Shown: piece after piece, positions 10,223-20,565 of the stretch
Position numbering within the stretch: the first letter of the stretch is position 1
Layout: every line of letters begins with the position of its first letter
Assembly: GCA_963844945.1 (NCBI GenBank)
Contig: CAWJQZ010000033.1
Coordinates: 75,680 to 139,679, forward strand
Source: an uncultured Chloroflexia bacterium
GTDB taxonomy: Bacteria > Chloroflexota > Limnocylindria > Limnocylindrales > CSP1-4
DNA: 64,000 nt
Reading direction: 5' to 3'
The notes under the pieces: model-generated
Told to the model about the DNA's origin: nothing
Seen by the model: only the letters and a program-made list of their open reading frames with translations
The model's database searches: none
Program-made: the position numbers and the translations under genes

Positions 10223-10299
10223 GGCCGATCGCCCATGTCACCGACGCCGCGCGCCGCCAGCCGTCGCGCGATCGACGATCACCGCCTGAAGGAGGACCG

Positions 10300-10719
10300 A
10301 TGCTCAGGACGCGCCTTCTCCACCCGCAGATCCTCCAGGCGCTGGGCGAGGCCGGGCACGGGGCCCAGGTCCTCATCGCGGACGGCAACTACCCGCTGAT
10401 CACCCGCTCGAACCCGGCCGCTCACCACGTGTACCTCAACCTGGCCCCGGGGATGCTGTCCGTCACGGACGTCCTCGAGGTGATCGCGGACGCGATCCCC
10501 GTGGAGGCCGCGCACGTGATGGGCCCCGACGACGGCTCGGAGCCGTCGATCTACGCGGACTTCCGCCGCCTGCTGCCCGACACGCCCCTCCAGCGGATGG
10601 AGCGCTTCGCCTTCTACGACAGGGCGCGCGGGCCGGACACCGCCCTCGCGATCTCGACGGGAGAGCAGCGCATCTACGCGAACATCCTCCTGACGATCGG
10701 CGTGGTGATGCCCGACTGA
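10300..10719 (+). CDS. fucU: RbsD/FucU-family sugar mutarotase (L-fucose mutarotase-like)
   Basis: ATG 10300 is preceded by GAAGGAGGA. The sequence [32 protein letters not shown]...[11 protein letters not shown] matches the RbsD/FucU transport-protein family, and the gene sits directly upstream of fucI. Confidence 0.85.
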   Translation: MLRTRLLHPQILQALGEAGHGAQVLIADGNYPLITRSNPAAHHVYLNLAPGMLSVTDVLEVIADAIPVEAAHVMGPDDGSEPSIYADFRRLLPDTPLQRMERFAFYDRARGPDTALAISTGEQRIYANILLTIGVVMPD

Positions 10720-10793
10720 CCCCGGGCCCCCATCCCCGACCCCCCGGCGCGCGTCCCGCGCGCGCCGCTGCCACGACACGAGTGAGGTACGAC

Positions 10794-12599
10794 ATGAGCG
10801 AGGTGAACACGCGCGGCCGGTTCGTCGGCGACTGGCCGAAGGTCGGCATCCGGCCGGTCGTGGACGGTCGCTTCCACGGGATCCGCGAGTCGCTCGAGGA
10901 GCAGACCCGCAGCATGGCGCTGCGGACGGCCGCCCTCATCGCCGGGAACCTGCGCTACCCGGACGGGACCCCGGTCGATGTCGTGGTCCCCGACCACAAC
11001 ATCGGCGGCGTCTACGAGGCTGCGAAGGTCGCCGAGCTCTTCCGCAAGGAGGGCGTGGGCGTCTCGCTGACCATCACGCCGTGCTGGTGCTACGGGTCCG
11101 AGACCATGGACATGGACCCGCTGACGCCCAAGGCCGTCTGGGGCTTCAACGGGACGGAGCGGCCCGGCGCCGTCTACCTCGCCGCCGTCCTCGCCGCCCA
11201 CACGCAGAAGGGCCTCCCGGCCTTCGGGATCTACGGGCGCGACGTCCAGGACGCGAGCGACGGGACGATCCCGGCGGACGTCCAGGCGAAGATCCTCCGG
11301 TTCGCGAAGGCGGGGATGGCCGCCGCGATCCTCCGCGGGAAGTCGTACCTCTCGCTCGGCGGCGTCTCGATGGGGATCGCCGGCTCGATCGTGGACCAGC
11401 CCTTCTTCGAGAAGTACCTCGGCATGCGCGTCGAGGCCGTGGACATGTCCGAGGTGTACCGGCGGCTCGATCGCGAGATCTTCGACCCGGTCGAGCTCGA
11501 GAAGGCGCTCGCCTGGACCAGGGCGAACTGCCGCGAGGGCACCGACCGGAACGCGCCGGAGAAGCAGAAGGGCCGCGTGGAGCTCGACGAGGACTGGGCG
11601 ACCGTCGTGAAGATGGCGCTCATCACCCGCGACCTCCTCGTGGGCAACCCCCGGCTCGCGGAGCTGGGCCACGTCGAGGAGTCGCACGGCAAGAACGCGA
11701 TCCTCGGCGGGTTCCAGGGCCAGCGCGCGTGGACGGACCACTCGCCCAACGGCGACTTCATGGAGGCGATCCTCAACTCGTCCTTCGACTGGAACGGGAT
11801 CCGCGCCCCGCACATCTTCGCGACCGAGAACGACAGCCTCAACGGCGCGACGATGCTGCTCTCCTACCTCCTGACGAACCGGGCGCAGATCTTCGCGGAC
11901 GTCCGGACGTACTGGAGCCCCGACGCCGTGGAGCGCGTCACCGGCTACCGGCCGGAAGGGCTCGCGGGCGACGGGTTCATCCACCTGATCAACTCCGGCG
12001 CGGCCACGCTCGACGCGACCGGCGCGATGACGGACGCGGACGGGAAGCCCGCGATGAAGCCGTTCTGGGAGATCACCGAGGCGGACGTGGACGCGGCGCT
12101 CGCGGCCACCACGTGGTACCCGGCCAACCTCGGCTACTTCCGCGGCGGCGGGTTCTCGTCGCAGTTCGTCTCGCGCGGCGGGATGCCCGTGACCATGGCA
12201 CGCCTCAACCTGGTCGCGGGGACAGGGCCCGTCCTCCAGATCGCGGAGGGCTGGACGATCGAGCTGCCGCAGGCCGTCCACGACGTCCTCGACCAGCGGA
12301 CCGACCCGACGTGGCCCACCCACTGGTTCGTCCCGCGCACGAACGGCGTGGGCCCGTTCCGCGACGTCTACTCGGTCATGGCCAACTGGGCCGCGAACCA
12401 CGGGGCGATCAGCTACGGCCACATCGGGGCCGACCTGATCAGCCTCGCGTCGGTCCTGCGGATCCCGGTCCACATGCACAACGTCGCGGACGAGGACGTC
12501 TTCCGGCCGAGCGCCTGGGCCAACCTGGGGACGGCCGACCCCGAGGGCGCCGACTTCCGCGCCTGCGCGAACTTCGGCCCGCTGTACGGGCGCCGCTGA
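10794..12599 (+). CDS. fucI: L-fucose isomerase
   Basis: ORF 10782..12599; ATG 10794 is the preferred start. It shows near-colinear similarity to E. coli FucI as I recall it: [95 protein letters not shown] and [10 protein letters not shown]. Confidence 0.95.
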   Translation: MSEVNTRGRFVGDWPKVGIRPVVDGRFHGIRESLEEQTRSMALRTAALIAGNLRYPDGTPVDVVVPDHNIGGVYEAAKVAELFRKEGVGVSLTITPCWCYGSETMDMDPLTPKAVWGFNGTERPGAVYLAAVLAAHTQKGLPAFGIYGRDVQDASDGTIPADVQAKILRFAKAGMAAAILRGKSYLSLGGVSMGIAGSIVDQPFFEKYLGMRVEAVDMSEVYRRLDREIFDPVELEKALAWTRANCREGTDRNAPEKQKGRVELDEDWATVVKMALITRDLLVGNPRLAELGHVEESHGKNAILGGFQGQRAWTDHSPNGDFMEAILNSSFDWNGIRAPHIFATENDSLNGATMLLSYLLTNRAQIFADVRTYWSPDAVERVTGYRPEGLAGDGFIHLINSGAATLDATGAMTDADGKPAMKPFWEITEADVDAALAATTWYPANLGYFRGGGFSSQFVSRGGMPVTMARLNLVAGTGPVLQIAEGWTIELPQAVHDVLDQRTDPTWPTHWFVPRTNGVGPFRDVYSVMANWAANHGAISYGHIGADLISLASVLRIPVHMHNVADEDVFRPSAWANLGTADPEGADFRACANFGPLYGRR

Positions 12600-12688
12600 G
12601 GCGTCCGACCACCGCCGGCCGGGATCGCCCGGCCGGCGGCCCCTGCCCCGGCACGAAGCCGAGGGCGACCGGCGACGGCACGTGAGGG

Positions 12689-14192
12689 ATGACCGTGACC
12701 GACCTGCTGCTCGGCGTGGACATCGGCACCGCGAGCTCCAAGGGCGTGCTCGCGCGGCCCGACGGGACGATCGTCGCGACGGCGCAGCGCCCGCACGACC
12801 TCTCGCTCCCGCGCCCGGGCTGGGCCGAGCACGATGGCGAGGCGATCTGGTGGGCCGACTTCGTCGCGATCGCCCGCGAGCTCGCCGGTGGCGGCCACGG
12901 CACGATCGCCGCGGTCGGCGTCAGCGGGATCGGCCCGGCGGTCCTCCCGGTGGACGAGGCCGGGCGGGCTCTGCGCCCGGCGATCCTCTACGGCATCGAC
13001 ACGCGCGCGATGGCCGAGGTCGAGGAGCAGACCGCGCTCTTCGGGGCCGACGCGATCCTCGCGCGCGGGGGCACGCTCCTCACCTCGCAGGCCGGCGGCC
13101 CCAAGCTCGCGTGGATCCGCCGGCACGAGCCCGGAGACGTGGGCGCGGACGCGCCGCTTCCACATGGCGAACTCGCTCGTCATCGAGCGTCTCACCGGCG
13201 AGTACGTCCTGGACCACCACTCGGCGAGCCAGTGCGACCCGCTGTACGACATGCGGACCGCGTCGTGGGCGGACGACTGGGCGGCGGAGGTCGTCCCCGG
13301 GCTCGCGCTGCCGCGCCTGGCCTGGTCGGACGAGGTGGTGGGCCGCGTGACCCCGGACGGCGCCGCCGCGACGGGGATCTCCGAGGGGACGCCCGTGGTC
13401 GCCGGGACGATCGACGCGTGGGCGGAGGCCCTGAGCGCCGGGGTCCGCGACCCGGGCGACACGATGCTCATGTACGGGACGACGATGTTCATCGTCGAGG
13501 TCGCCCGCGCGTTCCGGCCCGAGGCGACCCTCTGGAGCACCCAGGGCGTCTTCGCCGGGACCGTCACGTACGCCGCCGGGCTCTCGACCTCGGGCGGCCT
13601 CACCGTCTGGCTGCGCGACATCGTGGGGCGCGACTTCGCCGACCTCATCGACGAGGCGGCGGCGACACCCGCGGGAGCCGACGGCCTGGTCGTGCTCCCC
13701 TACTTCGGCGTCGCCCGATCCCCGATCTTCGACCCGCAGGCTCGCGGCGCGATCCTGGGGCTCACGCTCGCGCACGGCCGCGGCCACCTCTACCGCGCCC
13801 TCCTGGAGGGCTCCGCCTACGACGTCCGCCACAACCTCGAGGTGATGGCGGCGGCCGGCGCCGCGCCGGAGCGCCTCATGGCCGTGGGCGGCGGCACGAA
13901 GAGCGGGCTGTGGACCCGGGTCGTCTCCGACGTCACCGGCCTCCCGCAGACGATCCCGGCCGTGACGATCGGCGCGAGCTATGGCGACGCGCTCATGGCC
14001 GGGCGCGGCGCCGGGCTCGTGGCGCGGGATGCGCGATGGAACGCGCCGGCGGAGCTGCTCGAGCCGGATCCGGGCGTCGCGGCGACGTACGCGGAGCTCT
14101 ATCGGGTCTACCGGGATCTCTACCCGGCGACGCTGGACGCTGCGCACGCGCTCGCCGGCATGCAGGAGGCCGCGGCGGCCGAGGCGCGGTAG
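12689..14192 (+). pseudogene. FGGY-family carbohydrate kinase (probable L-fuculokinase by context) with one frame switch near 13131-13140
   Basis: The N-terminus is in ORF 12689..14332 (LLGVDIGTASSKGVLARPDG...PGWAEHDGEAIWW...GVSGIGPAVLPVD). The remainder is in ORF 12834..14192 (FHMANSLVIERLTGEY...GTIDAWAEALSAG...LPYFGVARSPIFDP...AVGGGTKSGLWTRVVSDVTG). Removing one G in ccgga at ~13133 restores HEPETWARTRRFHM. Confidence 0.8.
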
Positions 14193-14264
14193 GGAGCGAG
14201 GAGTCCGGGAGCGCGCGCCGGGTCGGAGGCCTTCGAGCGCCCGCCCGTCCGGCGCGCCCGCGCG

Positions 14265-15211
14265 TCAGGCGAGGCCGGCCGCGCGCATCTCCGCGAGCGT
14301 GGGCGGCTGCGCGCCTGCCCGCGTGCAGTTGATCGACGCGGCCGTGTTCGCGAACGTCAGCGCCGTCCGCAGGTCGTCCTCCGTCACGCCGCGGATCGCC
14401 GCCCGGTCCAGGCGCCCTGCCCGCTCGAGCCACGCGAGGAGCCCGGAGGTGAACGTGTCGCCCGCGCCGACCGTGTCCGAGACGGCGACCTGGATCCCCG
14501 GCACCTCGGCGCGCCCGGCGCCCGTGAGCGCGACCGCACCGTCGCCGCCGCGCGTCATCACGACCGCGGCCGGGCCACGGTCGAGCCAGGCGCGCGCCGC
14601 GGCCTCGGGAGCCGCATCCGGGTAGAGCCACTCGAGGTCCGCCTGGCTCACCTTCACGAGGTCCGCGAGCGAGACCCATCCCTCGAGCCGCTCGACGTAG
14701 GCGGCACGGTCGTGGATGAGGCCCGGGCCGGACGTTCGGGTCCAGGCTGACGAGGCGGCGGCCGTGCTCGCGGCGCATGAGCGACTCGTAGGCGCTGGCG
14801 CCGGGCTCGCGGAGCAGGGAGATCGACCCGAAGTGGAGCGCCGCGGATCGCATCCGGCAGCGTCGCGGGAACGTCCTCGACACGGAGGAGCCGGTCGGCC
14901 GCGCCCTCGTCGTGGAACGTGTAGACGGGCTCCGCCCCGCCCTCGAGGAAGACGATCGCGAGGGTCGAGGGCTCCGCGCCGTCGAGGACGAACCGGCAGT
15001 CGACGCCGTCCTCCTCGAGCTGGCGCCGCATCATCCGCCCGAACGGGTCCAGCGACAGGCGCCCGAAGAAGCCGACGGGCACCTCGAGCCGGCCGAGGCC
15101 CATCGCGACGTTGAACAGGGAGCCGCCGCACTTCGCCACGTAGGCGGGCTGTTCCGGGCTCGCCGGCAGCGGGACCATGTCGATGAGCGCCTCGCCGCAG
15201 ACCAGGATCAT
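14265..15211 (-). pseudogene. PfkB-family sugar kinase (fructokinase-like) with two frame switches
   Basis: The N-terminus is in ORF 14654..15211 (MILVCGEALIDMVP...KCGGSLFNVAMGLGRLEVPV). The middle is in the 13993..14883 frame (ALHFGSISLLREPGASAYESLMRRE). The C-terminus is in ORF 14265..15224 (VVMTRGGDGAV...VSDTVGAGDTFTSGLLAWL...FANTAASINCTRAGAQPP). Confidence 0.8.
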
Positions 15212-15354
15212 CCGACTCCCTCACGCTCGTTCTCGGGCGGGCGACGACCCATCCGGCGCGCGGCGAGCCGCGTGCCGGGGATGCGGCGCTCAGCCTCCAT
15301 CATCGCGCATCGTCGGGGCTCCCGGACCGCCACGGCGGACCCGCGGCCCGATCG

Positions 15355-16995
15355 GTGACCGTCATGTCCGAAACCCGCCAGCGCCCGTACGGCGCGCGTG
15401 TCATCCTCGGCCGCATGACCTCGCCGGCCGCCGATCCCGAGCTCTTCGACCGCCGATACCGTGCCGTCGCCAGCCGCGATCGGCGGTTCGACGGGTACTT
15501 CGTCACGGCGGTCACGACGACCGGCATCTACTGCCGGCCCAGCTGCCCCGCGAAGACGCCCGGCCGGGAGCGCGTCCGCTTCTACCCGACCGCCGCGGCG
15601 GCGCAGGGCGCCGGCTTCCGCGCGTGCAAGCGATGCCTCCCGGGCGCGGCGCCGGGCTCGCCCGACTGGGACCTCCGCGGCGACGTCGCCGGGCGCGCGA
15701 TGCGGCTGATCGACGAGGGCCTCGTGGAGCGGGAGGGCGTGCCGGAGCTGGCGCGGCGCCTCGGCTACGGCGAGCGGCAGCTGCGCCGCATCCTTCGCGC
15801 CGACCTGGGCGCCGGGCCGCTCGCGCTCGCCCGCGCGCAGCGGGCGGCCGTCGCGCGGCTCCTGCTGGAGACGACGGACCTGCCCGTCACGGAGGTCGCC
15901 TTCGCGGCCGGCTTCGCGTCGCTGCGCCAGTTCAACGACACGATCCGCGAGGTCCACGCCGCCACGCCGACGCAGCTGCGGGAGCACGGCAGGCGACGCA
16001 GGACGCTGCCCGAGGCGCGACCATCGGAGAACGACGACCCGGGCCGGCCCACGCGGCTGGCGCTCCGCCTCGCGCGCCGCGATCCCTTCGACTTCGGCGC
16101 GCTGCTCGCGTTCCTCGGGCCGCGGGCGATCCCCGGCGTCGAGTCGGTCGCCGGTGGCGCGTACCGGCGCAGCCTCCGCCTCCCGCACGGGCCCGGCCTC
16201 GCCGAGATGCGCGACGGCGACGGCGTGGTGGACTGCATGCTCGTCCTGGCGGACCCGCGGGACCTCGCCCCCGCGGTGGCGCGCATCCGCCGGCTGCTGG
16301 ACCTGGACGCGGACCCCGTGGCGGTCGGCGAGGCTCTCGGGGCGGACCCGGACCTGGGCCGTCTCGTCCGTGCCGCACCGGGCCGGCGTGCGCCCGGCGC
16401 CGTGGACGGCCTGGAGCTCGCGGTCCGCGCGATCGTCGGGCAGCAGATCTCGGTCGCGGCCGCCACGCGCATCGTCGGGCGGATCGCGGCGCGCCTGGGG
16501 ACGCCGCTCCCCACGCCGGCCGGCGACGTGACCCACCTGTTCCCGGGGCCGGCCCGCCTCGCCGATGCGGCCGACGCCGACCTCCCGGTCCCCGCCGCCC
16601 GGCGCGCGACGATCCGCGCGCTCGCCGCGGCCGTCGCCGACGGCCGGATCGACCTGGGGCCGGGGGCGGACCGCGATGAGGCGCGCGCCCGGCTCCTCGC
16701 GATCCCCGGCATCGGCCCGTGGACCGCCGGCTACATCGGCCTGCGGGCGCTGGCCGACCCCGACGTCCTCCTCGCGGGCGACCTGGGCGTGCGCCGGGCG
16801 GCCGCCCGGCTGGGCCTTCCCGACGACCCGGTCCGCCTCGCCGCGCACGGCACCCGCTGGGCGCCGTGGCGCTCGTACGCCACGCACCATCTCTGGGCGT
16901 CGCTCGGGGCCGTCGCGGCTTCGGCGGGCCCGTCGGCCGTCGCGCCGGACCCCGTGCCGTCGCCTGCGCCCACCCCGGCCCGGGCCGCCCGATGA
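15355..16995 (+). CDS. Ada-like regulatory domain / AraC HTH / AlkA DNA-3-methyladenine glycosylase II fusion
   Basis: ORF 15355..16995. It has an Ada Zn-binding N-terminus (FVTAVTTTGIYCRPSCPAKTP...FRACKRCLP), an AraC-type HTH (TEVAFAAGFASLRQFNDTIRE) and an HhH-GPD glycosylase domain (AIVGQQISVAAA...LLAIPGIGPWTAGYIGLRA). An alternative start is ATG 15415. Confidence 0.85.
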   Translation: MTVMSETRQRPYGARVILGRMTSPAADPELFDRRYRAVASRDRRFDGYFVTAVTTTGIYCRPSCPAKTPGRERVRFYPTAAAAQGAGFRACKRCLPGAAPGSPDWDLRGDVAGRAMRLIDEGLVEREGVPELARRLGYGERQLRRILRADLGAGPLALARAQRAAVARLLLETTDLPVTEVAFAAGFASLRQFNDTIREVHAATPTQLREHGRRRRTLPEARPSENDDPGRPTRLALRLARRDPFDFGALLAFLGPRAIPGVESVAGGAYRRSLRLPHGPGLAEMRDGDGVVDCMLVLADPRDLAPAVARIRRLLDLDADPVAVGEALGADPDLGRLVRAAPGRRAPGAVDGLELAVRAIVGQQISVAAATRIVGRIAARLGTPLPTPAGDVTHLFPGPARLADAADADLPVPAARRATIRALAAAVADGRIDLGPGADRDEARARLLAIPGIGPWTAGYIGLRALADPDVLLAGDLGVRRAAARLGLPDDPVRLAAHGTRWAPWRSYATHHLWASLGAVAASAGPSAVAPDPVPSPAPTPARAAR

Positions 16996-17475
16996 CCGTC
17001 TTCACCCGCCACCCGAGCCCGATCGGCGACCTGCTGCTGGTGGGCGAGCCCGTCCCGGACGGCGTCGCGCTGCGCGGCCTGTACATGGAGGGCCACCTGC
17101 GCGGCCCCGCGGTCGATCCGGCGTGGACGCGCGACGACGCCGGCGTTCGCCGCGGTGGCACGCGAGCTCGACGAGTACTTCGCCGGTCGACGCCGGGCGT
17201 TCGACCTCGTTCTCGCACCGGCGGGGACGCCCTTCCAGCTGGCCGTCTGGGAGGAGCTCCGCCGCATCCCGTTCGGCGGGACGACGACGTACGGGGAGCT
17301 CGCGCGACGGGTCGGCCGGCCCACGGCCGCGCGCGCGGTGGGAGCGGCGGTGGGGCGTAACCCGATCTCGATCATCGTCCCGTGTCACCGCGTGGTCGGG
17401 AGCGACGGTGCGCTCACCGGGTTCGCCGGCGGGCTCGACCGGAAACGCGCGCTCCTCGCGCTCGAGCGCGCCTGA
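16992..17475 (+). pseudogene. ogt: Methylated-DNA--protein-cysteine methyltransferase with one frame switch near 17140
   Basis: ATG 16992 overlaps the upstream stop (ATGA). The N-terminus [19 protein letters not shown]... is in the 16719 frame. The C-terminus is in ORF 17155..17475 and carries [26 protein letters not shown] and the active-site [13 protein letters not shown]. Confidence 0.85.
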
Positions 17476-17569
17476 GGCCGCCGCCGTCGGGCGTCCGCCC
17501 GGCCGCCGGTGCGCCGATCGCTTCGCCGGCGCCGCGCGAGGCCACGCGTCGACGCCTGCGCCGTGTCGC

Positions 17570-17597
17570 TGATAACGTTATCCTGTTAGCGTTATCA
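17570..17597. promoter_or_regulatory. Two abutting 14-bp LacI-type operator palindromes, with an overlapping candidate promoter
   Basis: TGATAACGTTATCC (17570-17583; its core GATAACGTTATC is a perfect palindrome) is followed directly by TGTTAGCGTTATCA (17584-17597). This is an AT-rich island in GC-rich DNA, 60 nt upstream of the LacI gene at 17657. A possible -35 TGATAA (17570-75) and -10 TATCAT (17593-98) with a 17-nt spacer would both be occluded by the operators. Confidence 0.5.
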
Positions 17598-17656
17598 TCC
17601 AGTACGGCGGCGGCCCGCACCGAGGCCGCCCGACCGGTCACACGCCAAGAGGTCGC

Positions 17657-18697
17657 ATGCCCACGCTCGTGGAGGTCGCCCGCCGCGCCGGCGTCGCGCC
17701 GATGACCGTCTCCCGCGTCGTCAACGACAGCGGCCCGGTCAGCGACGACGTGCGGGCGCGCGTCGAGAAGGCGATCGCGGAGACCGGGTACGTCCCCAAC
17801 GCCGTCGCGCGCAGCCTCCGCTCCAGCCGGACGCAGACGCTCGCCATCGTCGTCCCCGACCTGACCAACCCGTTCTTCACGACGATCGCATCCGGGGCAC
17901 AGGCCGCGGCGGCGGACGCCGGCCTCATGCTCGTCGTCGCCAACACGGACGAGCGGGCCGACGAGGAGGACCGGGTCCTCGGGATGCTCCTCCAGCGGCG
18001 CGTGGACGGGATCCTGCTGGTGGCGGCGGGCGACGGCGCGGATGCGATCCGCCGTGCGGCCGCACAGGGGACCCCGGTCGTGGCGGTCGACCGGCGCGTC
18101 CGCGGCCCCCGCCCCGACACGGTCCGGGCGGACTCCCGCGGCGGCGCGGCGGCGCTCGGGCGCCTGCTGGTCTCGCTCGGCCACCGCCGGATGGCGATCC
18201 TCGCCGGCCCGACGTCGGTCTCCACGTCGGCCGACCGCGTCGCGGGCTTCCGCAGGGCCCTCGCCGACGCCGGCATCGATGCCCCGCGCGTGCTGCACGG
18301 CGCGTACACGATCGAGAGCGGGCGCGCCATGGCGGCCGAGGCGATGCGGGCGACCGCCCGACCCACGGCGATCTTCGCGGCGAACAACTTCATCGCCATC
18401 GGCGTCCTCCACGCACTGGAGGCCGAGGGGATCCGCGTGCCCGAGGACGTCGCCGTCGTCGGGTTCGACGACCTCCCGCCGTCGATGGTCACCTTCCCGT
18501 TCCTCACGGTCGCGGCGCAGCCGGCGGACGAGATGGGCCGCCGTGCCGTCTCCCTCCTCCTCGACCGGATCGCGGACCCCGGCCGCGCGCCGCGCGAGAT
18601 CGTCCTCCCCACCGAGCTCATCGTCCGTCGATCCAGCGGTGGGCCGCTGGACGGCGCCCTCCACCCCCAGCCAGCAGGAAGAGGCACGACGGCATGA
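17657..18697 (+). CDS. LacI-family transcriptional regulator, first gene of the epimerase/kinase/cytidylyltransferase operon
   Basis: ORF 17657..18697. The HTH is MPTLVEVARRAGVAPMTVSRVVNDSGPVSDDVRARVEKAIAETGYVPNAVARSLRS, followed by an effector domain. Its stop overlaps the next ATG (ATGA at 18694-18697). Confidence 0.9.
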   Translation: MPTLVEVARRAGVAPMTVSRVVNDSGPVSDDVRARVEKAIAETGYVPNAVARSLRSSRTQTLAIVVPDLTNPFFTTIASGAQAAAADAGLMLVVANTDERADEEDRVLGMLLQRRVDGILLVAAGDGADAIRRAAAQGTPVVAVDRRVRGPRPDTVRADSRGGAAALGRLLVSLGHRRMAILAGPTSVSTSADRVAGFRRALADAGIDAPRVLHGAYTIESGRAMAAEAMRATARPTAIFAANNFIAIGVLHALEAEGIRVPEDVAVVGFDDLPPSMVTFPFLTVAAQPADEMGRRAVSLLLDRIADPGRAPREIVLPTELIVRRSSGGPLDGALHPQPAGRGTTA

Positions 18698-19757
18698 CCA
18701 GCGAGTACACGGACATCGTCCCCGGCACGACTCATCCGGCGCGGCCTCGCGAAGGACGACCTCATCGTCATCGCCGGCGCGGGCGGGTTCATCGCCGGCT
18801 CGTTGACGAGGTACTTCCACGACCAGGGGTTCACGCGGATCCGGGCGATCGACAGGAAGCCGCTCCCCGACTGGTACCAGCGGGTCCCCGGCGTCGAGTC
18901 GATCTCGATGGACCTCTCCCACGAGGAGAACGCCGATCGAGGCCGTGAAGGGCGCGACCGAGGTCTACAACCTCGCGGCCGACATGGGCGGGATGGGCTT
19001 CATCGAGAACTTCCGCGTGGAGTGCCTCCGCAGCGTCCTCGTCAACACGCACCTCATCGAGGCCGCCTGGCGCGCCGGCGCGACGCGCTACTTCTTCAGC
19101 TCGTCCGCGTGCGCGTACAACACCGACCTGCAGAAGGTCCCCACGGCGATCGCGCTGAAGGAGTCCGACGCCTACCCGGCGATGGCCGAGCGGGGCTACG
19201 GCTGGGAGAAGCTCATCAGCGAGATGTTCTGCCAGGAGTACACGGCGGAGCGCGGCCTCGAGACGCACATCGCACGGTTCCACAACATCTACGGCCCCAA
19301 CGGGACGTGGTTCGGCGGGCGCGAGAAGGCGCCCGCGGCGATGATCCGCAAGGTCCTCGAGGCGCAGGACTCCGGCGACATGCGGATCGAGATCTGGGGC
19401 GACGGGACCCAGACGCGGTCGTTCTGCTACATCCGCGACTGCGTGAGCGGGATCGACCGGATCATGCACACGCCGGAGCTCACCGCGACCCCGATCAACC
19501 TCGGCTCGTCCGAGCTCGTGTCGATCAACGAGCTCGTCTCGATCGTCGAGGAGATCGCGGGCGTGACGCTCGAGCGCTCGTACAAGCTCGACGCGCCGAA
19601 GGGCGTCGCGGGGCGCAACAGCGACAACACGTTCATCGAGCAGGTCCTCGGCTGGGAGCCGAACACGCCGCTCCGCGCCGGGATGGCCGAGACGTACGCG
19701 TGGATCGCCGACCAGTACGCGGCGCGCAAGGCCGGCAAGCGCGTCGTCGAGGGCTGA
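18694..19757 (+). pseudogene. Extended-SDR NAD-dependent epimerase, GDP-mannose 3,5-epimerase (GME)-like, with two frame switches near 18740 and 18940
   Basis: The gene must be assembled from three frames (18694, 18803, 18945). It carries the Rossmann motif IAGAGGFIAGSL. The stretches NLAADMGGMGFIE, FFSSSACAY, AYGWEKL, RFHNIYGPNGTWFGGREKAPAAMIRK, IWGDGTQTRSF and GVAGRNSDN closely parallel plant GME as I recall it (NLAADMGGMGFIQ, RFHNIYGPFGTWKGGREKAPAAFCRK, GVRGRNSDN). Confidence 0.8.
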
Positions 19758-19762
19758 TCCCG

Positions 19763-20565
19763 ATGACCGACGCGTCCGCGCGGCGCCCGACCTGTCGGGC
19801 GTCGTGGGCGGGCTCCCCTACCGGATCCAGCTCGCGGGCGGGTGGATCGACCAGCCGTTCGTCTCGCGCCTGGACCCGGAGCCGCCGGGGTCGATGGTCG
19901 TCGTCTCGCTCCTGCCGACCGTCCGGTACATGGACCGCTGCGGGATGGCGACGGGGACGCGGGCGGTGGCGCGCGCGCTCTGGGGCGACGCGCTGCCCGA
20001 GGGCCGGGACCCGGCCGACCTCGTCCGCGTCCTGTACGCGGCCGAGAACGAGGGCCGGGCCGACCCGTCCGGCTCGCAGGACATGTGCGGCATCGTCTAC
20101 CCGGGCGTGAGCCGGCTCGACTACGACGCGACCGTCGACGGCGGGTACTTCCCGTGCCACGTGGAGTCCACCTCCGACCCCGACGTCGTCGCGTGGCTGG
20201 AGCGCGTGCTGCACCTCGTGCCGGTCGCGCAGCGGCCGCCCGACTACAGCCCGCTGGGCGTCCAGCGGCTGGACCCGGCGTGGATCGCCCGCCTCGGGCG
20301 GAGCGGACGGGACTGCTACGACGCCATCGTCCGGCGGGACGTGGACGCGCTCGGCGCGTCGTTCACCGAGTGCTCGCTCGCGTGGGACGCCCTCCTCCCG
20401 GCGATCTTCGTCCACCCGACGATCACGATCGACCTGAAGGGGCTGCTCGCCGCGTACGCCTCCCGCTACCCGGGCGCGATGTACTCGGGCTGCGGCGGCG
20501 GCTACATCATCGTCGCGTCCGAGGACGCGGTGCCCGGCTCGTTCCGCGTGCGGGTCCGGGCATGA
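19763..20565 (+). pseudogene. Small GHMP-like sugar kinase (fucokinase/HddA-like motifs) with one frame switch near 19790; alternatively it starts at GTG 19804
   Basis: ATG 19763 lies 5 nt after the epimerase stop. The body is ORF 19804..20565. YRIQLAGGWIDQPF resembles the N-terminal (A)GGW.D.P motif of fucokinase-type GHMP kinases. GMATGTRA may be a degenerate motif 2, and MYSGCGGGYIIV resembles GHMP motif 3. At ~265 aa it is shorter than canonical members. Confidence 0.6.
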